Part shown: piece by piece, positions 16,205-23,235 of the stretch | Layout: the number at the start of each line of letters is the position of its first letter | Position numbering within the stretch: position 1 is the stretch's first letter | Source: Candidatus Saccharimonadota bacterium | GTDB taxonomy: Bacteria > Patescibacteriota > Saccharimonadia > Saccharimonadales > Saccharimonadaceae | Direction: 5' to 3' | DNA length: 32,000 bases | Assembly (NCBI GenBank): GCA_001897305.1 | Contig: MKSO01000001.1 | Location: forward strand, 750,001 to 782,000 | Notes under the pieces: model-generated | Database searches by the model: none | Told to the model about the DNA's origin: nothing | Seen by the model: only the letters and a program-made list of their open reading frames with translations | Translations under genes and position numbers: made by a program

Positions 16205-16227
16205 ACCAGTGACCTTAGGCTTAGAAG
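16183..16227. repeat. attR: 45-bp direct repeat (3' half of the functional tRNA-Arg)
   Basis: Identical to 5711-5755. Confidence 0.9.
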
Positions 16228-16259
16228 TCCTCTGCTCTATCCAACTGAGCTACCGGGGC
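16183..16259 (-). tRNA. tRNA-Arg (anticodon UCU), CCA encoded; island integration target
   Basis: Hand-folded cloverleaf: acceptor GCCCCGG/CCGGGGT, D stem GCTC/GAGC, anticodon loop CTTCTAA, T arm ACTGG-TTCAAAT-CCAGT, then A-CCA. The anticodon stem has only 3 Watson-Crick pairs, flanked by G.A and A.G. Confidence 0.85.
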
Positions 16260-16351
16260 GCGTATATAATAGGCTAACGCCTTGGTATATTATACCCCAC
16301 CTCGGTCGATCTGATGGTAATCTTATTACTTACTGGGTATACTGAACTAGT

Positions 16352-17146
16352 ATGGGAGAGTTTATTCAACATCGCTGGGTGGTGCAAGCTGTTAAAGCAA
16401 TTGCCGAAGAACTGCGACTGGACGTTCGTTCGTATTCAGGTGATTGGATCATAGAGCTGCGAAACGATTCAGTAACGCGACGTATTTTTGGCTACCACTT
16501 CGACCTCAATAGCGACATTGCCAGCCGCTGCGCCGAGGACAAAACCGCCGCAGCTGCATTATTGCAAGAAGCCGGCGTGGCGTGTGTGCCCCATTTACTT
16601 TTACGGAGTGGTGAATTTAAAGACACAGCATGGAAAGAGACTGACTGGAATGAAGTGGTTGTAAAGCCGCTCACCGGTACCAGCGGCCACGAAGTACGCA
16701 AACTCGCATCGCTTGATGAAGTCGAGTCCTTCCTTGCTTCTGAACACGATAACGACTGGGTGGTTTCGCCTTACATTGATATAGTCAGTGAGCAGCGAGT
16801 TATTATATTAGACGACGAGCCGCTCCTGAGTTACCGAAAGCACCCCGTTATGCTTGATGGTTTAAAAATGTTCAACCTTGGGCTTGGCGCAACCCCGGAA
16901 CGAACTGATCTTGACGACGAAACCGCACAGCTGGCTAAAGCCGCAACTCAAACCTTAGGACTTCGACTAGCCGCCGTTGATGTCATTACGCTACAAACCG
17001 GCGAGAAAAAGGTGTTAGAAGTAAACAACGGTATTATGATGGAGCACTATGCCACAGTCTCAGATGAGTACAAGTTAGATGCTTTAGGAGTCTATAGGCA
17101 CATCATTACCACCATGATGCAAAGCAGTGCTATACTAAAAGCATAA
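16352..17146 (+). CDS. ATP-grasp fold ligase, substrate unknown
   Basis: AEDKTAAAALLQEAGVACVP, VVVKPLTGTSGHEV, an EQRVIILDD stretch and VDVITLQTGEKKVLEVNNG follow the ATP-grasp order of motifs. TATACT lies 8 nt upstream of the ATG. Confidence 0.7.
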   Translation: MGEFIQHRWVVQAVKAIAEELRLDVRSYSGDWIIELRNDSVTRRIFGYHFDLNSDIASRCAEDKTAAAALLQEAGVACVPHLLLRSGEFKDTAWKETDWNEVVVKPLTGTSGHEVRKLASLDEVESFLASEHDNDWVVSPYIDIVSEQRVIILDDEPLLSYRKHPVMLDGLKMFNLGLGATPERTDLDDETAQLAKAATQTLGLRLAAVDVITLQTGEKKVLEVNNGIMMEHYATVSDEYKLDALGVYRHIITTMMQSSAILKA

Positions 17147-17173
17147 TCATTTACAACTCAGAAGGATGGGCAT

Positions 17174-17731
17174 ATGAAGCGCAGTAGCATCGACAAAATC
17201 ATTTCGTACATAGGACTTGTATCGGCTGCGGTTTTGTTGGCGGCGTCGGCCGTCCTTTATGGTACCTACCTCTTCATCCATAACGAAGTAAGCACTCAAC
17301 TTAAACCGCAAAATATCACACTCCCAGCTGAAGGAAGCGCAGCCTTTAATGCACTACCGCAAGCCGACCAGGACGCCGTTAAGCCATTTGCTGGCCAACA
17401 AGTAACCACCGGCCAACAAGCGAAAGTATTTGCTGACAACTATATTGGCGCACACTTACAAAAAATTGGTGGTGGCAAATCATACTCAGAACTAAGCGCC
17501 GAATCTATGGCCAATCCAAGCGACGCTGCACTAGCTGGCAAAGTAAATACCGTTTTCAGGGGTGAAACACTCCGTGGTATTCTTTTGAATGCTTATGCCT
17601 TTGACACTATGGCTGTAGTAGCCAAGTTTGTTGCGGCTGGTGCGTTAGTTGCTGGCGTTATCTTAGTAGGGCTATCTATTCTTGGCTTCCAACACGCCAA
17701 GAAAGCGGCGACACCAAAGCGCAAAAAATAA
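17174..17731 (+). CDS. membrane protein with N- and C-terminal TM anchors, unknown family
   Basis: 185 aa. GAAGGA lies 7 nt upstream of the ATG. Hydrophobic segments sit at both ends, and the tail is Lys-rich. Confidence 0.6.
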   Translation: MKRSSIDKIISYIGLVSAAVLLAASAVLYGTYLFIHNEVSTQLKPQNITLPAEGSAAFNALPQADQDAVKPFAGQQVTTGQQAKVFADNYIGAHLQKIGGGKSYSELSAESMANPSDAALAGKVNTVFRGETLRGILLNAYAFDTMAVVAKFVAAGALVAGVILVGLSILGFQHAKKAATPKRKK

Positions 17732-17736
17732 ATTAT

Positions 17737-18195
17737 TTATTTTTTCGCAAGTTCGCAGTATTCAAAAATCTTTTGCTCAGTCATACGGTCTGAACTCTTG
17801 AATATTTCAGGGTTTATAAATTGCAGCTCATCGCCGTCCTCGCCCACTTCAAAAGTCAGGTTCTCTGGAATAATTACGTAGATAATCCTTACTTGATAAA
17901 AATTCAAACTATGCAGTAGCTTTGGGTCTTCCACCAAAATTGACCTGTACGTAAAATCGCCGGTCAGTAGCACCTCTTCGTGTAACTCGCGCGCAAGTGC
18001 CTCTTTAACTGTTTCACCGTGATCCATGCCGCCGCCCGGCAAATCCCACCAGTCGCGGTCACGTTCTTTTACAACAAGCACCTCACCTCGCTCGTTAAAA
18101 ATAACTGCTTTCAGCGAAATGCGAAACAGGAAATCGCTCCTTCTCGAGCCACGTTTATACGTTATTGACCCTTCAATTCTCGGAGACTTATTCAT
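17737..18195 (-). CDS. NUDIX hydrolase
   Basis: The Nudix box reads GGMDHGETVKEALARELHEEV (GX5EX7REUXEE). Confidence 0.85.
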   Translation of the reverse strand: MNKSPRIEGSITYKRGSRRSDFLFRISLKAVIFNERGEVLVVKERDRDWWDLPGGGMDHGETVKEALARELHEEVLLTGDFTYRSILVEDPKLLHSLNFYQVRIIYVIIPENLTFEVGEDGDELQFINPEIFKSSDRMTEQKIFEYCELAKK

Positions 18196-18216
18196 TGCTT
18201 GTATTATAACAGACTA

Positions 18217-19314
18217 CTACTGCGCAGGCCCTGTCGATGTAGAGCCATCAGGAGTACCATTCCACTTCCACCCAGGTGTATTGCCGTCCGCATATGATGA
18301 AGCAGTTGCCGTTTCGGTAAGCATAACTGCATCAATAAAGAATGGTACCCCGGTTGCATCACGTGCCCTAACGTAGAGAGGAGCGTTGCTCTGCTTAATA
18401 CCCGTGACGTATATATACGTCCAAGATGGGCCTATCGTTTTAGCAGTGTTTACTGCCAATGCGTCTGCTGCGAGATTAATAGCCTGTGGCGATTGGGAGT
18501 ATACGTATGCCGAAAAAGTGTACGAAGAACCAATAGAGCCCGGTGTCACATATGACACACCACTATACACCTGACTCGAGGAAGGTACTACTTTAAGAGA
18601 ATTATTTCTATTCGCCTTCTGGGTGTTGCTAAGGGCCATTGTTGCCCCATTAAATGTCGACCACCCACTAGTACTAGTCTCAAAACTAGGGTTGGATATA
18701 AGATTTGAGATTGTTGTTTCTGCAGCAGTCGTTACTCTTAGCGCACAGGTTGACGCGTTTCCGTCGGTCCATATTGTATCAAGACCACCTGGACATCTAC
18801 CCCCAAGAAAGAAATCCCAGACAACCGTTGGCTTGTCAGCCCGATACGAGACCATAGGCCCAACACCATCAGAAGCCCCGACGGGACAATACCAAGCCAC
18901 GATACAGGTAGAGGGCTTTGGGAGCGAGCCGACAGAGCCTAGTTGATCCATCAGTGAACTATCTTCATAAGCAACTGGTTCGTCAGTTTTAGGGCCACTC
19001 CCTTTTACACCAGTTGCACCGTAGACATCATACACATTCCAACAAGCATCGTATTTAAAATCACGACCTAAACAATACTCTCTTGCGCCAGGTGAGCCAG
19101 GTATTGGAAATTTACCGCCATGCTTAGAGCTGTATATCTGAAAGAGATCTCTCCAATCAGCAAGTGCTGAAAGCTTGTGAGCGTTGAGCGCATTTCTTTG
19201 AACACCGTTATAACTGACAGTGGCTATAGTAGCTAAGATCGCTATCACAACAATAACTATGACAAGTTCTACTATAGTGAACCCTCTATTGTACTTTTTA
19301 TAGATAGCGTACAT
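18217..19314 (-). CDS. type IV pilin-like protein with a C-terminal CBM4/9-like carbohydrate-binding-type domain
   Basis: Class III signal MYAIYKKYNRG/FTIVELVIVIVVIAILATIA (G-1, F+1, E+5). The C-terminal region NLISNPSFETSTSGWSTF...SLKV...YTFSAYVY...FFIDAVML matches the CBM_4_9-type jelly-roll pattern, followed by the tail YADGNTPGWKWNGTPDGSTSTG. Confidence 0.8.
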   Translation of the reverse strand: MYAIYKKYNRGFTIVELVIVIVVIAILATIATVSYNGVQRNALNAHKLSALADWRDLFQIYSSKHGGKFPIPGSPGAREYCLGRDFKYDACWNVYDVYGATGVKGSGPKTDEPVAYEDSSLMDQLGSVGSLPKPSTCIVAWYCPVGASDGVGPMVSYRADKPTVVWDFFLGGRCPGGLDTIWTDGNASTCALRVTTAAETTISNLISNPSFETSTSGWSTFNGATMALSNTQKANRNNSLKVVPSSSQVYSGVSYVTPGSIGSSYTFSAYVYSQSPQAINLAADALAVNTAKTIGPSWTYIYVTGIKQSNAPLYVRARDATGVPFFIDAVMLTETATASSYADGNTPGWKWNGTPDGSTSTGPAQ

Positions 19315-19474
19315 TCTGTAATGATAACATAAGCACGTAGCCTGTTGATACCTTCAAAACTAAGTATCCCAAAAATAAGTTACCGTGCACCTTTGAAGCC
19401 GAAAGATACCCTATGTTTGACGTAATCTTCTTCTTTGGGGCATCATTCTACGCGAAGTTATACATTTATCGATT

Positions 19475-19816
19475 TTATGTCGATAAGGCTTCTTGTATAG
19501 CTATAAAATCACGCTTGTCTATTAAGCACCTGATTGGTACTTCTTGAATCTTTTCAAATCGAACAGTGCAACGCCATGGATGAAAATCTGCACCCATTTC
19601 AGCCTGGTACGGCTCATCGTCGGTAATCTCACCTAGTGCAGTGAAAGACTGTAGCGGTTCCCCATCTTCAAAGTGGGTTTTTAGGGAGTAAAAGATTAAC
19701 TTGTCACCCTTACTCATCTTACGGAGCGCCCATAACTTACCATGGTTAGCTTGCGTAAAGCCGCCCACTACCCCACGCACATGATCTCGACTAACGATGC
19801 TGATCCAATACTTCAT
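19475..19816 (-). CDS. EVE (PUA-like) domain protein, possibly C-terminally short
   Basis: MKYWISIVSRDHVRGVVGGFTQANHGK...DKLIFYS...FHPWRC.VRF is the pattern I associate with EVE-domain proteins. At 113 aa it seems shorter than I expect for that family. Confidence 0.6.
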   Translation of the reverse strand: MKYWISIVSRDHVRGVVGGFTQANHGKLWALRKMSKGDKLIFYSLKTHFEDGEPLQSFTALGEITDDEPYQAEMGADFHPWRCTVRFEKIQEVPIRCLIDKRDFIAIQEALST

Positions 19817-20100
19817 AGCTTTCTCATTCTAAATCAGCCACGGATCGGTGGAAGCCATCGCCCACGGAGAAAGTATGGCCCGCGAGTCTGTTGGCGCGCG
19901 CAACCCGGGGATAAATCGGTCGAGGAGAATTGCCTTTTAGTGGGTTATTACCTTTCTTTGCAGCAATTTTTGCATCAGAGTCGACCGTCACAAGCAAGAT
20001 CGTATCGCTACTCGCTATACTACAATGCAGATTATCATCCGTTGAGTCCATACCCTTTTCCAAGAGACTACTTTCAGCAGCAACAGTGTCTTGTTTGAAA
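19817..20100. other. unassigned ~280-nt segment with a GC-rich core; candidate structured RNA or decayed gene
   Basis: It lies between the EVE gene start and a bidirectional terminator. A local hairpin CCAC-ggatcg-GTGG sits at 19838-19851. There is long-range complementarity between 19866-19878 and 20048-20061. Only low-quality ORFs are present on both strands. Confidence 0.3.
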
Positions 20101-20139
20101 AAAGAAAAAAAGTCGTATCAGAAGATACAACTTTTTTTC
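20101..20139. terminator. bidirectional rho-independent terminator
   Basis: An A-run is followed by GTCGTATC (20112-20119), loop agaa, GATACAAC (20124-20131) and TTTTTTT. It sits directly 3' of tRNA-Gly on the minus strand. Confidence 0.7.
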
Positions 20140-20140
20140 T

Positions 20141-20215
20141 TGGTGCGGGCGGAGAGAATCGAACTCTCATCACGTGCTTGGAAGGCACGTATATTAGCCA
20201 TTATACGACGCCCGC
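20141..20215 (-). tRNA. tRNA-Gly (anticodon UCC), CCA encoded
   Basis: Hand-folded: acceptor GCGGGCG/CGCCCGC, anticodon arm CGTGC-CTTCCAA-GCACG, T arm GAGAG-TTCGATT-CTCTC, 4-nt variable loop. Confidence 0.9.
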
Positions 20216-20287
20216 AGACTCGAACTACTATAGCATATTTTCAAGATCGACTCAATCTGTTACAATAGCCTCTGTACTTGGCGATAT

Positions 20288-20365
20288 GGCGAATATAGCT
20301 CAGTTGGTTAGAGCGCCTGATTGTGGTCCAGGAGGTCGGCGGTTCAATTCCGCTTATTCGCCCCA
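20288..20365 (+). tRNA. tRNA-His (anticodon GUG) with genomically encoded G-1 and CCA
   Basis: G-1 lies opposite C73. Acceptor GCGAATA/TATTCGC, D arm GCTC..GAGC, anticodon loop TTGTGGT, T arm GGCGG-TTCAATT-CCGCT. Confidence 0.9.
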
Positions 20366-20375
20366 AGACATAATG

Positions 20376-20403
20376 AAAAAGTCCCGCTTTATGCGGGGCT
20401 TTT
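20376..20403. terminator. bidirectional rho-independent terminator (tRNA-His / clp-like gene)
   Basis: AAAAA, then GTCCCGC (20381-20387), loop tttat, GCGGGGC (20393-20399), then TTTT. It overlaps the stop codon of the minus-strand gene. Confidence 0.75.
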
Positions 20404-22813
20404 AGTTTCCGGCGACAATCTGGTCGGCTTGTGTTTTTGTACGCAACATAGTTTCGACTTGCTCACGAGTAATTTCAATCGTACTACCAGGGGTTGCTTC
20501 TTTTGACAACAACAGTTTTGCTACCGTATTCTCAACGGCACGTTGTACTACGCGACGCATCGGACGAGCACCCAATCGTGGATCGTACCCGGCTTCAACC
20601 AAATACTCCTTGGCATCCTGGGCTACCGTAATAGTAATCTGTTGTTCGGCTAGGTTTTTATTGACGTCAGCCAAGATAAGATCGACCACTTGGAGTAGTT
20701 GCGGCTTATCAAGTGGTCCAAATACAACCATCTCGTCAAACCGGTTCAAGAACTCAGGGTGAAAAATATGGCTGCTTATGAGTTCGTTAATAAAGGTCTC
20801 TTCAAATTGCTGCAAAGTATAGCCGCGGTGAATATACTCTTGAATACGGTCAGAACCGGCGTTGCTAGTGGCTATAACCACCGTGTCACGGAAACTGACT
20901 TCCCTATTACGTACGTCCCGCAAAATACCTTCGTCAAGCAACTGTAGAAGGGTCGTAAGCACGCTGGAGTGTGCTTTTTCAATCTCATCAAGCAGTACAA
21001 CACTAAATGGTTGCTTCATCACCTGCGCCGTTAGGCTAGACGGATCCTCGGCCCCATCGGCAATTAAGCGCGCCACGTCGTCGGGTGAGACAAACTCGTT
21101 CATATCCAAACGAATAATATTCTTTTCGCCCCCAAAATAGACAGCCGCGAGCGACTTGGCTAATTCCGTCTTACCGACGCCCGTTGGACCCAAGAACAAG
21201 AAAGTCCCTACCGGCCTATTCTGGTTACGCACCCCTGATCGAGCCCGGCGCAGTGCGTCCGACACGACTGTTACAGCCCTATCTTGGCCGATCATACGCT
21301 GGTGCAATAGTGACTCTAGGTTTAACAGCATTTCGCGCTCCGAACTGTCGTCAGCCACGGCCGTTTTAACACCAGTCGTCTGTTCAATTGCCCGGTTCAC
21401 CGAAACTGCCGACACGAGCCCGTTATCTGCATACTCAGCAGCTTGCTCTAAGAGGCTCAGCGCCTGACCCGGCATGGCAACATCATAGACATACCTTTGA
21501 CTTAGCCTGTAGGCTTCTTTCATAGCTTGGTACATTATGGTTACTTTGCGTTTATGCTCGATTAAAGGCAAATGATCCTCTAATACTCGAAGCGTTTCCG
21601 ATTCATTAGTAGGGTGAACAGTAATGCGCTTTAGTGCAGTGGCCAGAGCCGGGGTTCGTTTACTAATTTCTAAGAACTTTTGCTCATCGAGTGTTAAGAT
21701 CATTCGCAAACGGCCAGCCTCGATAATAGGCAGTAACAGCGATGATAAATCAACCGACCCAACCCCTTCAGCAAAGAACAACTCGGCATTATCAAAACAC
21801 ACTATAATGTTTTTTGCCGCAAAAGCCTCTGACAACAATGTACTTACCAGGTTTTCAAGCCCGCCCTTATGATCCGAGACACTTACGAGGCGCGAAGCAT
21901 CAAGCATAAAGACTTGCTGGTACCAAAGCCCACGCGGAACCGTAGGGTCGGGACTTATAAGTTTGGAGGCAAGTTCGTATACGAGTTCTGTTTTCCCAAC
22001 GCCATCCTTACCTACCAGAGCGATCGTACCGCCTTCGCCATCAAGGCTACTCATAAGATGATTAAGTGTTTCAGTTCGGATTTCTCCCCTTGCCATCGTA
22101 CCGCCCTGCGATATGTTAGTGCCGAAGCGCGACAATAGAGGAATCCAGCCAAATGACCAGTCGCGGCCTATGCCGCCGGACTTTTTCCGTTGCCTAGATT
22201 GCTGTTCAATAAGCGTATCGATGTAATGATACCATCGAATACCATCCATCAAATCATCCTCTGACAGTTGAAGATGCCCCAAAAGTGTTTGCCTAGCCGG
22301 TAGTTGGCGCACCATCGCAAGGATCAGAATACCAGGACTTACCCGACCATCTATACCATCAGCAATGTTCAGAGCTTCTTCAAAAATAGCCGCTACATCA
22401 TCCGTATGGTCAGATACAACCTCTTTAAGAAATGAACCGCCAACCCCAAACCGTACCTGAAAGAATAAGCCACCGTTCACGTGCATTAACGCCAAGGCCA
22501 GCTCTTTTGGCGAAGGGTGCTGCGAGAGCATACCTAGCATGTCGCCCTCAAGACGCGCATCAATTGACCTGTTCTTGAGATCAATCGGAATATTATGAAG
22601 TTCGCTGTTATACCAGTAGGTAATCATCGCTGGTAGTGCAGCCAATCCTACTACCAACCAACCTAGTGCTATACCGACCACCACAAGGCCAGCGCCACCT
22701 AAAAGTAAAACAATAACGACGAGTTGCAATAAGAATACCCATGGCTGTAACGCTTTGCCGTAACGAGCTTTCTGAGCCCGAGTACTGTGCCAGTTAAATA
22801 CTTTTACATCCAT
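20402..22813 (-). CDS. membrane-anchored two-ring AAA+ Clp/Hsp100-family ATPase
   Basis: The start MDVKVFNWH (ATG 22811-22813) overlaps the upstream gene by 10 nt. Two N-terminal TM helices are followed by Clp_N-like repeats. D1 has Walker A GKDGVGKT but Walker B IIVCFDNAE (D-N rather than D-E). D2 has GPTGVGKT and VVLLDEIEKAH. I saw no long coiled-coil M-domain and no IGF/L ClpP loop. Confidence 0.85.
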   Translation of the reverse strand: MDVKVFNWHSTRAQKARYGKALQPWVFLLQLVVIVLLLGGAGLVVVGIALGWLVVGLAALPAMITYWYNSELHNIPIDLKNRSIDARLEGDMLGMLSQHPSPKELALALMHVNGGLFFQVRFGVGGSFLKEVVSDHTDDVAAIFEEALNIADGIDGRVSPGILILAMVRQLPARQTLLGHLQLSEDDLMDGIRWYHYIDTLIEQQSRQRKKSGGIGRDWSFGWIPLLSRFGTNISQGGTMARGEIRTETLNHLMSSLDGEGGTIALVGKDGVGKTELVYELASKLISPDPTVPRGLWYQQVFMLDASRLVSVSDHKGGLENLVSTLLSEAFAAKNIIVCFDNAELFFAEGVGSVDLSSLLLPIIEAGRLRMILTLDEQKFLEISKRTPALATALKRITVHPTNESETLRVLEDHLPLIEHKRKVTIMYQAMKEAYRLSQRYVYDVAMPGQALSLLEQAAEYADNGLVSAVSVNRAIEQTTGVKTAVADDSSEREMLLNLESLLHQRMIGQDRAVTVVSDALRRARSGVRNQNRPVGTFLFLGPTGVGKTELAKSLAAVYFGGEKNIIRLDMNEFVSPDDVARLIADGAEDPSSLTAQVMKQPFSVVLLDEIEKAHSSVLTTLLQLLDEGILRDVRNREVSFRDTVVIATSNAGSDRIQEYIHRGYTLQQFEETFINELISSHIFHPEFLNRFDEMVVFGPLDKPQLLQVVDLILADVNKNLAEQQITITVAQDAKEYLVEAGYDPRLGARPMRRVVQRAVENTVAKLLLSKEATPGSTIEITREQVETMLRTKTQADQIVAGN

Positions 22814-23187
22814 ATTGGTACCCAGCCAATCGCCATCATAATTGCCCCGATGATAGGGAGAAGTGGTACAAACCACCAAGCAACCATAATAACGAGTTCA
22901 TACAGCGCCTGCAGTATAATCGCCACTACTCCGATAAGAATTGTGCAAAAACGAACAAACGCGCCGATACAACGGGAGATCATCTGATCGGCAAAAGCGC
23001 GCACTGCGCCGCCAAAGGAACCATCACCCCCGCCAGCAGATATTTGCCGAAATGGTGAAAATAACGTAGCCGTCAACTGACCAATTGAAAAGAACTCTAT
23101 AGTAGCGGCAAACCGACCCGCGATTTGCTTCCACTGTTGGGTCCAGCCTCGGCCATACCACCATGAAATAAGTCCCACCAAGAACAT
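22804..23187 (-). CDS. 127-aa membrane protein, unknown family, coupled to the Clp-like gene
   Basis: The ATG at 23185-23187 (MFLVGLISWWYGRGW...) lies 6 nt downstream of TATAAT. The ORF-track TTG start at 23208 lies upstream of that box. Confidence 0.6.
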   Translation of the reverse strand: MFLVGLISWWYGRGWTQQWKQIAGRFAATIEFFSIGQLTATLFSPFRQISAGGGDGSFGGAVRAFADQMISRCIGAFVRFCTILIGVVAIILQALYELVIMVAWWFVPLLPIIGAIMMAIGWVPIWM

Positions 23188-23193
23188 GTCTTT

Positions 23194-23228
23194 ATTATAC
23201 AGGAGCAACTATAAAATGGCGGTATAAT
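23194..23228. promoter_or_regulatory. divergent back-to-back leaderless promoters
   Basis: Minus-strand TATAAT (23194-23199) is 6 nt from the ATG at 23187. Plus-strand TATAAT (23223-23228) is 7 nt from the ATG at 23236. Confidence 0.5.
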
Positions 23229-23235
23229 AGTAGGT

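Larger units (their letters stand above)
5711..16227. mobile_element. ~10.5-kb integrative genomic island inserted in tRNA-Arg(UCU)
   Basis: A perfect 45-bp direct repeat sits at both ends. A tyrosine recombinase gene ends inside the tRNA-proximal repeat, and a small HTH (excisionase-like) gene lies just upstream of it. The cargo is unrelated to its neighbours. No conjugation or phage structural genes are present. Confidence 0.85.

Noticed and set aside
5711-16227. The island interpreted as a prophage or a conjugative element.
   Set aside because: I could not recognise any capsid, portal, terminase, tail, lysis, relaxase, coupling-protein or T4SS genes. It is better described as a small integrative island.
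16183-16259. The weak anticodon stem of tRNA-Arg (G27.A43 and A31.G39) interpreted as a hybrid tRNA created by integration.
   Set aside because: The 3' strand of that stem lies within the 45-bp repeat, which is identical at attL and attR. The pre-integration tRNA therefore had the same 3' half, and the mismatches appear native. The rest of the cloverleaf is canonical.
19817-20100. Specific RNA identities for the GC-rich segment: RNase P RNA (GGAGAAAGT..GGCCC and AACCCGGGGATAAATCGG resemble P4-strand motifs), SRP RNA, tmRNA, or a fluoride riboswitch (GGGCGATGGCTTCCACC...GGCTGAT on the minus strand).
   Set aside because: The two RNase-P-like motifs are only about 35 nt apart instead of about 300 nt. 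There is no tRNA-like end for a tmRNA and no GGAA-tetraloop domain IV for SRP. The P1 closing strand of a fluoride riboswitch is missing, and the downstream EVE gene is not a typical fluoride-regulated gene. Only a covariance-model search could settle the question.
19742-20506. ORFs 19742..20098, 19930..20268, 20091..20405 and 20321..20506.
   Set aside because: They run through tRNA-Gly, tRNA-His and two terminators and have implausible composition, so they are artefacts of an RNA-gene region.
1611-23208. N-terminal extensions proposed by the ORF track: 1611..1631, 2931..3050, 11367..11417, 12980..13129, 14192..14257, 14948..15016, 22814..22879 and 23188..23208.
   Set aside because: The extensions start at TTG codons or weak ATGs, read through promoter boxes or the intergenic repeat, or precede hallmark N-termini (MCGRY of SRAP, MAK... 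of the paralog pair, MGRRARGNG of the integrase).
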